In this document: piece by piece, positions 28,472-36,560 of the stretch | Numbering within the stretch: position 1 is the stretch's first letter | Layout of the letters: each line of letters starts with the position of its first letter | NCBI GenBank assembly: GCA_045648665.1 | Contig: JAZROL010000006.1 | Span: 179-64,178, forward strand | Origin: Candidatus Enterousia sp. | GTDB lineage: Bacteria > Pseudomonadota > Alphaproteobacteria > Rs-D84 | Direction of reading: 5' to 3' | DNA: 64,000 nucleotides | Notes under the pieces: model-generated | What the model was told of the DNA's origin: nothing | The model's input: the letters and a program-made list of their open reading frames with translations, nothing else | The model's database searches: none | Program-made: the position numbers and the translations under genes

Positions 28472-28499
28472 AAAAAAACCGCCGTTTGGCGGTTTTTTT
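28472..28499 (+). terminator. Intrinsic terminator
   Basis: aaaaaAACCGCC-gttt-GGCGGTTttttt. Confidence 0.8.
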
Positions 28500-28526
28500 A
28501 TCTCGCTATAGCACAGCGAATGCGGA

Positions 28527-29345
28527 TTAAATTGCTTTGATAAATATTTTAAGTTTGTTTGCGGTGTCTAATACCGCTTTTTTATCAATAATGAAACAAG
28601 TTTTAGTGTTCACTATTATTCCATGCAATTTAGCCGCCGCAACCGCTTTTACCGTATCAACGCCAATCGCAGGTATATCAATTCTTAAATCTTGACCAGG
28701 TTTAGTCATTTTTGCAAAAACGCCACCTGTCTTTTTGCGGTTTTTACGCATTTCAACAACTCTGTCCAGCATGCGTGCGGTGCCTTCTGCCGCTTCAACT
28801 GCGACAACTTGTTTATCAACAACAACAGATGCGCCGATGTCTTCCACCCCAATGGTATGCGAAACCTGAATTGCGCGTTCTATGTCGCGAGCATCAGATT
28901 TAGATGGTTTCGTTTTTGTTTGAATTCCCGGTTTTTCAAATGTCAATTCCGGCGCCACATCTTGGGCCGCAACAATTTCATATCCGCGTTTTTCCAACGC
29001 TTTTGTAAAAGCAACCGCCATAGAATCATACCCCCGTTGATGTTTTAATACACTTAATAATACAGATACAGACCATAAGTCAGGCCGTATATCCGCCAAA
29101 TTCAAATGTCCCAATGCGCCGACAAAAGTCAGTTTGCTTATTCCGCGTTTTTTGCATTCCCTCGCGGCGGTTCCGCCACCGCCAATACGAATTACTAAAT
29201 CAGGATTTAATTTTGGGTCATAGAAATTTTTGATTCCTATGACTAAAACTTCCCATCCATTTTTACGCAATGCATCGCGTGTCAAAAACGGTAATGACAA
29301 CGCGCCCGCAAACAAAGCAATCTTTTTATCTGTTTTTTTAATCAT
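28527..29345 (-). CDS. lpxI: UDP-2,3-diacylglucosamine pyrophosphatase LpxI (DUF1009)
   Basis: N-terminal KIALFAGALSLPF. DIGASVVVDKQVVAVEAAEGTARMLDR and QDLRIDIPAIGVDTV patterns are typical of LpxI. Confidence 0.65.
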   Translation of the reverse strand: MIKKTDKKIALFAGALSLPFLTRDALRKNGWEVLVIGIKNFYDPKLNPDLVIRIGGGGTAARECKKRGISKLTFVGALGHLNLADIRPDLWSVSVLLSVLKHQRGYDSMAVAFTKALEKRGYEIVAAQDVAPELTFEKPGIQTKTKPSKSDARDIERAIQVSHTIGVEDIGASVVVDKQVVAVEAAEGTARMLDRVVEMRKNRKKTGGVFAKMTKPGQDLRIDIPAIGVDTVKAVAAAKLHGIIVNTKTCFIIDKKAVLDTANKLKIFIKAI

Positions 29346-29407
29346 GCCTATATGATAGTTTCAAAACAATTTGTAATCAAGTGTGAATTTATGTTAATAT
29401 ATTAAAT

Positions 29408-30343
29408 ATGAATGATAAAAAATGTCCTTTTTTTGGTGTGTGTGGTGGCTGCAAATATGATTTTGCAGATGAAAAATATAGAACTGAAAAATTGAAAGAT
29501 TTACCACAATTAGAATACACCCACGAACCTATTTGGGGTGGTTTTGGTGCGCGTCGGCGGGCAGATTTTGCTTTTGTTGACGGGCATTTTGGCTTTTTCA
29601 AAGATAAAACCAAAGATATAGTTGATATAACAAATTGTCCTAATTTGGTTCCTGAAATAAATGATGTTTTGCCGGTTGTTGCGAAATTGCCATGGCGCGG
29701 TGCGGGCAGTGTTTTAATAACAAAATGTGAAAACGGAATTGATATTGCTGTTAATACTGACGTGCCGTATTTCGGGGTTGAATTCAAAAACGCAGTTGAA
29801 AAATTGCCTGCATCAATAATTCGTGTTGTTTGGAATGATAAAATTATCAGGCAATATGCAGAACCAGAAATAAAATTTAATGATAAAATAGTAAAATATC
29901 CACCTAATGCTTTTTTGCAACCAACCGTTGAAACAGAACAAATTTTGCGCGATTTAGTTGTTCAATATGTAAATGGTGCTAAAAAAGTTGCGGATTTATT
30001 TTGTGGTTTGGGTAATTTTACTTTTGCAACCAAAGCAACAGGTTTTGATATTGTTGGTAATGGAATAAAACGCGATTTATTTAAAAAGCCCTTGTCTGTG
30101 CAAAATTTAAATCAATATGATGTTGTGATAATGGATCCGCCACGTGCTGGCGCAATGGCACAGGCAAAAGAATTGGCAAAATCAAATGTGAAAAAAATAA
30201 TTTATGTGTCTTGCAATCCAAATACTTTCGTGCGGGATAAGAATATTTTGGAACATGGCGGATATAAAATGACTGTTGCAATCCCGGTTGACCAGTTTGT
30301 TGGTTCAATACATTGGGAAATTTTCAGTGTGTTTGAGAAATAA
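29408..30343 (+). CDS. RNA (uracil-5-)-methyltransferase, RlmD/TrmA family, lacking TRAM domain
   Basis: Fe-S Cys cluster CPFFGVCGGCKY. SAM motifs DLFCGLGNFT and DPPRAG. Catalytic YVSCNP. Confidence 0.75.
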   Translation: MNDKKCPFFGVCGGCKYDFADEKYRTEKLKDLPQLEYTHEPIWGGFGARRRADFAFVDGHFGFFKDKTKDIVDITNCPNLVPEINDVLPVVAKLPWRGAGSVLITKCENGIDIAVNTDVPYFGVEFKNAVEKLPASIIRVVWNDKIIRQYAEPEIKFNDKIVKYPPNAFLQPTVETEQILRDLVVQYVNGAKKVADLFCGLGNFTFATKATGFDIVGNGIKRDLFKKPLSVQNLNQYDVVIMDPPRAGAMAQAKELAKSNVKKIIYVSCNPNTFVRDKNILEHGGYKMTVAIPVDQFVGSIHWEIFSVFEK

Positions 30344-30362
30344 TATTTATTTTTCCTAATTT

Positions 30363-30626
30363 TTATGTTAACATAACTGTGTCAGCAAGATTTTTGCTGA
30401 TGGGGTATCGAAACCCTTTGTCAGACAGCGCCTGGATATACAGGTGAAATCTCCAACTTTGGTTGGAGGGCTGCAAAATATATTGAATATGCGCACAATA
30501 TTCTGTCTGAATTGTTTCGAACCTCCAACCGCCTTGTGTTTTTTCAATGCGGTGTTTGTTTGTCGCGGCCGCCGGTGTGCGAAGCACAGCTGGGACGGAT
30601 TGTTGAACATGTTTATGGAGAGCAAA
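30363..30626 (+). promoter_or_regulatory. Conserved structured 5' leader L2 of cassette 2 (candidate cis-regulatory RNA)
   Basis: CTCCAAC (30451-57), GGTTGGAGG (30461-69) and CCTCCAACC (30522-30) allow alternative pairings. ACCGC...GCGGT hairpin plus gtttgtttg follows. Positions 30514-30662 match 21167-21315 (reverse complement) with 7 mismatches. Confidence 0.55.
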
Positions 30627-31385
30627 ATGAAACGATTCGTATTATTTTTATTTGCAATATTTGTTTGCCATTTTTCGCACGCCCAAACCGAAACAATAAA
30701 TTGGTATGTTGATGGTAATGTTTATACAACCACAACCAGCGAATCGGGCGCCGATATAATTTTACCCGCCACCCCAACAAAACGTGGATATACATTTCAG
30801 GGCTGGCGTACATATACGCCAATTGAATATCTGGAATCAACAGGGACACAATATATTGATACCAATATTATACCGGATATTGACACAGAAATAATTTTAA
30901 CACAAAAAATAATCGGCAATATAAAAAAACAAAAATATTTGTTTGGATTATATGAAAATACCGGACAATTTTATTTTTACACAACTAACGAATTAATTCT
31001 TCAATGGGCGTGGAGTTTCCAGTATAAAAATTCCTCAGTCACCGCAAATACTGATATACAAACATTTGATATTTTTTCTGAAAATAATATTTCATATTTA
31101 AAAATAAACGATCAAATAAAAGATTCAAAGACAACCACCACACAATCAACAATCAGAACTTTGTTTCTTTTTGGTGCGAACGAGGCTGGAATAGCAAGAT
31201 TATATGGAAACTTAAGAGTATATGCTTTCAAGGTAAAACGACATTCAACAGGTGCTCTTATACATGACTTTATTCCTGTGCTTGACTACGATGGCGTGCC
31301 TTGTATGTACGATAAAGTTGAACACACATTTTATTATAATGCTGGAACAGGTGATTTTATCGCGGGACCAACGACATGGAATTAG
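30627..31385 (+). CDS. Cassette 2 gene A: secreted protein with N-terminal Flg_new repeat and YTPIEYLESTGTQYIDT-type C-terminal domain
   Basis: Signal peptide MKRFVLFLFAIFVCHFSHA. ETINWYVDG...KRGYTFQGW. C-terminal domain shared with 58579-59364. Confidence 0.75.
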   Translation: MKRFVLFLFAIFVCHFSHAQTETINWYVDGNVYTTTTSESGADIILPATPTKRGYTFQGWRTYTPIEYLESTGTQYIDTNIIPDIDTEIILTQKIIGNIKKQKYLFGLYENTGQFYFYTTNELILQWAWSFQYKNSSVTANTDIQTFDIFSENNISYLKINDQIKDSKTTTTQSTIRTLFLFGANEAGIARLYGNLRVYAFKVKRHSTGALIHDFIPVLDYDGVPCMYDKVEHTFYYNAGTGDFIAGPTTWN

Positions 31386-31388
31386 AAT

Positions 31389-31865
31389 ATGAAAAAAATA
31401 TTCATACTATATTTATCATTATTCACATTACCAACGTCCGCATTGGTGACCCAAAATATACCAAACGCTTGTGTCTTTATGGATGCAGATGCTGTGTTTA
31501 CAATCAATGAATATCAGTGTAATCCTGGTGAGTTCTTACCCGCTGATGCTTTGGGTTGTGTACAGTGTCCAAATGGATATACTTGTCCAGGTGGAACATT
31601 TGCATTTGATGAAACCAAAGCACAAGGTTTGGTTCCGAGCAATAATATCACCCAAAATATGAATAAATCATGTGCTGCGAATACTGGACAAATTATGGAT
31701 GCGGTATTTACACCAAACATAATAAACCTGAATTGGTACAGTGTGGGCGATACAGTGTATGAAACAAATACTTGCACATACGGCCAACCGATAACATTAC
31801 CCGCCACAAACCCAACCAGACCAGGTTATATCTTCAGTGGGTGGCGATTAAGAACGAACAATTAG
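31389..31865 (+). CDS. Cassette 2 gene B: secreted Cys-rich protein with C-terminal Flg_new repeat
   Basis: Signal peptide. CNPGEFLPADALGCVQCPNGYTCPGGTFAF. INLNWY...TRPGYIFSGWRLRT. Confidence 0.75.
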   Translation: MKKIFILYLSLFTLPTSALVTQNIPNACVFMDADAVFTINEYQCNPGEFLPADALGCVQCPNGYTCPGGTFAFDETKAQGLVPSNNITQNMNKSCAANTGQIMDAVFTPNIINLNWYSVGDTVYETNTCTYGQPITLPATNPTRPGYIFSGWRLRTNN

Positions 31866-31930
31866 TCTGTCTTCGCCTCCGGCTGTGCCGCCACTCCCTC
31901 ATATTGGGGAGAACCAGGCTCTCTGGAATA

Positions 31931-31957
31931 AAAAAACCACCCTTGCGGGTGGTTTTT
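31931..31957 (+). terminator. Intrinsic terminator after cassette 2
   Basis: aaaaaaCCACCC-ttgc-GGGTGGttttt. Confidence 0.8.
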
Positions 31958-32274
31958 CCGGATGCCCTGAAAGGAAGGAAAGGAGAAAAAGAAATGGGCA
32001 TCCTAAACTTTTGTTTGGGCCCAAAGTCCAGAGGAGAGAGAATGTAGGAGGGAGTCTGAAAACTCTGGGCCCGATATTGTCAAACGATTTTCATCCTTTG
32101 ACGAATCGAAATGTAATACATAAAAATACATTTGTCAAGTATTTTGTCAAAAAAATTTTTTGGTCTAATTTTTAGATAGGAATACAAACTGATAAATACA
32201 GGTTGCGATGACTAGGAATTTCCACTAATATTAGAATGTTGAATTGGAAAACCAAATACAACAAGGAGAAAAAG

Positions 32275-32517
32275 ATGACACACGAAGATGTCTGGCGTGC
32301 AATAGAATGTTTCGCCAAAGAGCGTGAAATGTCGTGTTCCGGTCTGGCAAAACGCAGCGGTTTGGATCCAACAACATTTAACAGAAGCAAGCGCTGGTCA
32401 AAAGAAGGGCAACCAAGATGGCCTTCTACGAACAGTATTTCAAAAATATTGTCTTCTACTGGGGCTTCTTTGGAAGATTTTACCAAATTTATTCCATCTC
32501 ACGATCATACTATGTAA
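32275..32517 (+). CDS. XRE/Cro-CI-type HTH transcriptional regulator (80 aa)
   Basis: MTHEDVWRAIECFAKEREMSCSGLAKRSGLDPTTFNRSKR... has an HTH pattern. AAGGAG RBS before this ATG. Confidence 0.6.
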   Translation: MTHEDVWRAIECFAKEREMSCSGLAKRSGLDPTTFNRSKRWSKEGQPRWPSTNSISKILSSTGASLEDFTKFIPSHDHTM

Positions 32518-32552
32518 TTCCAACGCAATAAACAGTTGCACAAAATCTTATA

Positions 32553-32990
32553 ATGGTTTATTGTGAAACTATGTTGGAAAACGTAAAAATTTATGCATCG
32601 GATGAATATTGGAAACACATTTTGGCCGATTTAGGCGCTACGATTGTTGATAATGCAAATATAGCAGATGTTGTATTTGATGATATTAAGGTCGCGGCGC
32701 CAATAGCGGCAACTGATTTATGTGGCTTGATTTTTTCAAATATAAATAATGATGAAATTATTCGCCAGATATTTGGTGCGGATGTTATTTTGCCGACTTT
32801 ACAACATAAAATAGTAGTTTTGCTTTATAAAAATCCTGATATTTCAATGTGTGATTTAAAAAAGGCGATAGGTGTATTGCCTGGTGTTTCTTCACATACT
32901 GTTGAAACGGCTGTGTATCAATTACGTAAAAAATATGGACACGATTTCATTGTAAATACGGATGGGAAATATAAAATTGGACGCTTATAA
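32553..32990 (+). CDS. Hypothetical protein with C-terminal OmpR/PhoB-type winged-helix domain (no receiver domain)
   Basis: LPTLQHKIVVLLYKNPDISMCDLKKAIG...SHTVETAVYQLRKKYGHDFIVNTDGKYKIG resembles Trans_reg_C. Confidence 0.5.
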   Translation: MVYCETMLENVKIYASDEYWKHILADLGATIVDNANIADVVFDDIKVAAPIAATDLCGLIFSNINNDEIIRQIFGADVILPTLQHKIVVLLYKNPDISMCDLKKAIGVLPGVSSHTVETAVYQLRKKYGHDFIVNTDGKYKIGRL

Positions 32991-33642
32991 ATTAATTTCT
33001 TTGGATAAAATTCCCAGCACCCAAGATTGGGCGCATGATTTAGTTGCGACAGGCAAAGCATCAAATAAAACAGTTGTTGTAGCAACTTCGCAAACCGCAG
33101 GACGCGGAAGATATAGACGTACCTGGGTTTCGCATACTGGAAATTTATATGCAAGTTTTATTTATAAAATGCCGGAAAGAAATCCGCGATTGGCTTACGC
33201 TGTTGGTGTGGCAATTGCAGAAACTTTAATTTATTTTGGAATTGAACCAAAGATAAAGTGGCCTAATGATATCTTGGTTGATGGGAAAAAAATTTGCGGT
33301 GTGTTGATTGAATATGCTCAAAGTTTCGTTATCGTTGGAATTGGAATAAATATAAAAACTTGCCCAAATGTAAAAGAATATAAGACTACGAAAGTTAACA
33401 AGTATGTAAATGTGTCTGTGACCGATGTGTTGAATATTTTGATGAAGAAATTAGATAAATGGAAAAATGCTGATTTTAATATTGTGCGTAATCGATGGAT
33501 GGATTTGGCTGCTGCTGTTAATGAGACAATTACATATCGTGGAAATACTATGAAATTAATAGGTCTAAACGAAGATGGTGCGCTGGTTTTACGGCATGAT
33601 ACTAAATATCTGTTGATTTACGGTGATGAAATAACAATTTAA
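32962..33642 (+). CDS. birA: Biotin-[acetyl-CoA-carboxylase] ligase, group I (no N-terminal HTH)
   Basis: GRGRYRRTWVS (GRGRxGRxW), KWPNDILV, CGVLIE. 226 aa. Confidence 0.88.
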   Translation: MGNIKLDAYKLISLDKIPSTQDWAHDLVATGKASNKTVVVATSQTAGRGRYRRTWVSHTGNLYASFIYKMPERNPRLAYAVGVAIAETLIYFGIEPKIKWPNDILVDGKKICGVLIEYAQSFVIVGIGINIKTCPNVKEYKTTKVNKYVNVSVTDVLNILMKKLDKWKNADFNIVRNRWMDLAAAVNETITYRGNTMKLIGLNEDGALVLRHDTKYLLIYGDEITI

Positions 33643-33646
33643 TGTC

Positions 33647-33675
33647 TTGACTTTTATGTCATTTTGTGATATTAT
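33647..33675 (+). promoter_or_regulatory. Near-consensus sigma70 promoter (TTGACT-17-TATTAT) directly after the birA stop
   Basis: ttgacttttatgtcattttgtgatattat read directly. Confidence 0.5.
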
Positions 33676-33698
33676 GTAAGGCATCAAGAGTGAAGATT

Positions 33699-33768
33699 CT
33701 GTCCATCAAGCGGGACAGTTTTTTTATTCTGTTAATTCAATCCGCGCATTCATTGTGCGGTTTTTTTA
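33699..33768 (+). terminator. Two tandem intrinsic terminators between the promoter and the first gene of the phage-like cluster
   Basis: CTGTCC-atcaagcg-GGACAG + ttttttt (33699-33727). CCGCGCA-ttcat-TGTGCGG + ttttttt (33742-33768). Confidence 0.7.
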
Positions 33769-33785
33769 TTAACCAAGGTGTGACC

Positions 33786-34196
33786 ATGCAATTATATTTG
33801 ATTAACAATCCAGATGATACACAATCTGTATCATATAAATTGGCACGCATAATTTATGCGGAAACTTTGGCTTCATCTTTATCTTCTGTGGAAGCAATGG
33901 CTTCTATGATTTATAACATTCATACAAAATATAATAGGTCATTTGAAGATATTGCCATGGATAAAAATATTTTTGATGTGCTGAATGAAAATTCTTCGCG
34001 TCATGAATATATGAAAGTTATGGCCGATGATAAAAAATTCCAAATGTGTTTGCGTGTTGTTAAAACAATGATGCATGGAAATTTACGCGACTATGTTTTT
34101 GGTGCAACATCATTTCATCATACTGATGTTATTCCTGATTGGGCAATGTCTCGTGGTTATATCGCAGAAATAGGCGATATATTATTTTATCTTTAA
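33786..34196 (+). CDS. SleB-type cell wall hydrolase (endolysin-like)
   Basis: LARIIYAE...AMASMIYN...GATSFHHTDVIPDWA...IGDILFY matches the Hydrolase_2 pattern. Start set after the terminators (MQLYLINN). Confidence 0.6.
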   Translation: MQLYLINNPDDTQSVSYKLARIIYAETLASSLSSVEAMASMIYNIHTKYNRSFEDIAMDKNIFDVLNENSSRHEYMKVMADDKKFQMCLRVVKTMMHGNLRDYVFGATSFHHTDVIPDWAMSRGYIAEIGDILFYL

Positions 34197-34209
34197 CAAA
34201 GGATTTTAC

Positions 34210-34428
34210 ATGAACAAAATAATAAATGGCGGATATTTACAAGGCCGCAAAACATATGTTATATCTGGTGTTGGTATAATATCTGCAATCGGTGCATATT
34301 TAATCGGCGAAGAAGATATTTTTACAATGCTGCAAACTGTGTTTATGTTAGGTGGAATTTATTTTTTGAAACAAGAATCTTTAACCAAAGGAAAATCAAA
34401 TGGAAAAAGTTCCAGAAAAATTTCTTGA
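34210..34428 (+). CDS. Small two-TM protein (holin-like)
   Basis: 72 aa. Hydrophobic helices YVISGVGIISAIGAYLIG and MLQTVFMLGGIYFL. Basic C-terminus. Next to the hydrolase. Confidence 0.4.
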   Translation: MNKIINGGYLQGRKTYVISGVGIISAIGAYLIGEEDIFTMLQTVFMLGGIYFLKQESLTKGKSNGKSSRKIS

Positions 34429-35056
34429 TGACAAAGGCGAATTAAATACTGCTGCGTTGGTGAAATCATATTGTGAATTAGAAAAGAAAATGGGAAATAT
34501 GATTGCTGTCCCGACAGAAGATAGTGATGATGCGACAAAACAAAAATTCAATCATGCAATTGGTGTGCCTGATAATGCGGCTGAATATCCAATAAACGAA
34601 TTGTTTGATGACGAATCGGTTCGTGAAAAATTTCATGAAATTGGATTAACTTCAAAACAAGTAGAAAAAATTTATGACATTGCAGCAGAATTTTTACAAC
34701 CAACATTAAAAAATTTATTTGAATTACAAACACAAACAAATTCAATAAATGAATTAAAAAAATTTTTTGGTTCAACCGATAAAATGAATGAAGCATTACA
34801 AGAAATAAATGCGTTTGGGGAACGTTTTTTACCAAAAGATGCGTTTGATGAATTATGCGCTACACCCCAGGGAATACAAGGCATATACAAGATGATGCAA
34901 TCAATGGAGCCGGAAGTTTTAACAAATAAAAATGTGTCTGAAAATTTAACCGATGATGATTTGCGTAACATGATGAAAGATCCAAAATATTGGCGCGATC
35001 AAGATCCAGAATATGTTCGTAAAATAGAAAATGGTTTCAAAAAATTATATTCATAA
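34400..35056 (+). CDS. Phage scaffolding (capsid assembly) protein
   Basis: N-terminal VPEKFLDDKGELNTAALVKSYCELEKKMG is typical of podovirus scaffold proteins. Helical and acidic. Upstream of the capsid gene. Confidence 0.55.
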   Translation: MEKVPEKFLDDKGELNTAALVKSYCELEKKMGNMIAVPTEDSDDATKQKFNHAIGVPDNAAEYPINELFDDESVREKFHEIGLTSKQVEKIYDIAAEFLQPTLKNLFELQTQTNSINELKKFFGSTDKMNEALQEINAFGERFLPKDAFDELCATPQGIQGIYKMMQSMEPEVLTNKNVSENLTDDDLRNMMKDPKYWRDQDPEYVRKIENGFKKLYS

Positions 35057-35161
35057 AAATATTTTTTAACTTTTATTCTTTACTATTTTATTTGTTTCAT
35101 ATAAAATGGAATCAAGAACAAAATAATTTTGTTCTATCCAAAAACTTAAAAGGAGAGAATT

Positions 35162-35485
35162 ATGTTCTTTGGTTCTAAGAAAAAATGTGCATGTGCAAAA
35201 CCAGCTGCAAAACCAGCCGCTAAAAAAGCACCTGCAAAAAAAGTTGCTGCTAAAAAACCAGCCGCAAAAAAACCAGTTGCTAAAAAAGCAGCAGTAAAAA
35301 AACCAGTTGCAAAAAAAGTAGTTGCTAAAAAAGCACCTGCAAAAAAAGTTGCTGCTAAAAAACCAGTTGCTAAAAAAGCACCTGCAAAGAAAGTAGTTGC
35401 TAAAAAACCAGTTGCTAAAAAAGCACCTGCAAAAAAAGTTGCTGCTAAAAAACCAGCTGCTAAAAAAGTAGCAAAGAAAAAATAA
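35162..35485 (+). CDS. Histone H1-like Lys/Ala/Pro-repeat protein (107 aa)
   Basis: Almost entirely (A/P/V)AKK(P/A/V) repeats. Strong RBS aaaaggagag. Two terminators follow. Confidence 0.7.
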   Translation: MFFGSKKKCACAKPAAKPAAKKAPAKKVAAKKPAAKKPVAKKAAVKKPVAKKVVAKKAPAKKVAAKKPVAKKAPAKKVVAKKPVAKKAPAKKVAAKKPAAKKVAKKK

Positions 35486-35514
35486 TTTTGCGCGATTTTG
35501 CGTAATTTTTATTG

Positions 35515-35586
35515 CCCCGAAACACAAGCGTTTCGGGGTTTTTGATAAAATTTTCAGTTAGATATTATGTCTAACTGAATTTTTTA
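35515..35586 (+). terminator. Two tandem intrinsic terminators
   Basis: CCCCGAAAC-acaagc-GTTTCGGGG + ttttt. TCAGTTAGA-tattatg-TCTAACTGA + ttttttattt. Confidence 0.75.
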
Positions 35587-35704
35587 TTTGGATAATCCGT
35601 TTGTGGACCCTGAATTAATATTTTGTTTTATGGCGCGGTATTTCGCATAACCATCAATTAAAATAAAAAGGTTTTTAATTTAATTTTTAACAAAAGGATT
35701 TTTT

Positions 35705-36529
35705 ATGTCTTTATCTGTAGATCAAGTGTTTATTAAACAATTTGAAGCAGATGTTCATTTAGCTTATCAGCAAATGGGCACAAAATTACGTTCAACAATT
35801 CGCAGTAAATCTGGGGTTGTTGGTTCTTCTACAACTTTCCAAAAAGTTGGCAAAGGTATTGCTAGCACTAAATCTCGTCATGGTATTGTTCCAGTGATGA
35901 ATTTGAATCACACACCTGTTGAATGTACTTTGCAAGATTATTATGCAGGCGATTGGGTTGATGCTTTGGATGAATTGAAAACAAACGTTGATGAACGTCG
36001 CGTTGTTGCTTCCGCAGGCGCTTATGCTTTGGGTCGCAAAACAGATGAATTGATTATCAACGCTATGAGCAATGCAACACAATATGTTGGTGATTATTCA
36101 ACCGGTTTGACAAAAGCGATGATAATGGGTGCTTTGGAAATACTTAATGCAAACGATGTGCCAGATGATGGTCGCAGATTTGCAGTTGTTGGTGTTCATC
36201 AATGGAACGAATTGTTGAAATTAGATGAATTCGTTTCTGCTGACTATGTTGGTTCTTCGACCCCATTGGTTGACGGTTGTGAATCAAGAAAATGGTTGGG
36301 CATCAACTGGATTTTATGCAATTCGTTGCCTTTGGCCAGCACAGATGATCGTGATTGCTTCATTTATCATGCATCCAGCATTGGACATGCTTGTGGCCAA
36401 GAAGTCAAGACAGATATTACATGGCATGGGGAACGTGCTGCGCACTTTATCAGCAACAGCATGTCTCAGGGAGCTGTGTTAATTGATGCAGAAGGTATTG
36501 TTCGTCTTAAATGCGATGATGATGCCTAG
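35705..36529 (+). CDS. Major capsid protein, T7 gp10-like (HK97 fold)
   Basis: FIKQFEADVHLAYQQ...RSKSGVVGSSTTFQKVGKG...HTPVECTLQDYYAGDWVDALDE...GRKTDELIINAM parallels the T7 gp10 N-terminal pattern. 274 aa. Confidence 0.7.
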   Translation: MSLSVDQVFIKQFEADVHLAYQQMGTKLRSTIRSKSGVVGSSTTFQKVGKGIASTKSRHGIVPVMNLNHTPVECTLQDYYAGDWVDALDELKTNVDERRVVASAGAYALGRKTDELIINAMSNATQYVGDYSTGLTKAMIMGALEILNANDVPDDGRRFAVVGVHQWNELLKLDEFVSADYVGSSTPLVDGCESRKWLGINWILCNSLPLASTDDRDCFIYHASSIGHACGQEVKTDITWHGERAAHFISNSMSQGAVLIDAEGIVRLKCDDDA

Positions 36530-36560
36530 GAATTTATAATTTAACCAAAAGGAAAATCAA

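Noticed and set aside
30444-30626. N-terminal extensions of the cassette A ORFs (also 21203-21295 and 59365-59670), which look conserved at protein level between cassettes 1 and 2
   Set aside because: The conservation is at nucleotide level. The few substitutions hit first codon positions (L/V, G/R, R/W), and the extensions start at TTG or other non-optimal codons without an RBS. A canonical signal peptide with a GGAG RBS begins at MKRF. I therefore treat them as leader RNA.
35200-35470. Tandem DNA repeats that might suggest a CRISPR array or VNTR
   Set aside because: The repeats are contiguous, in-frame coding repeats (AKKP units) without unique spacers. There are no cas genes in the window.
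35066-35527. 153-aa minus-strand ORF rich in Phe/Cys/Ser/Trp ([17 protein letters not shown]...)
   Set aside because: It is the antisense reading of the AAA/AAG/GCT-rich H1-like repeat gene. It is a compositional mirror with no RBS; the + strand ORF has a strong RBS and terminators.
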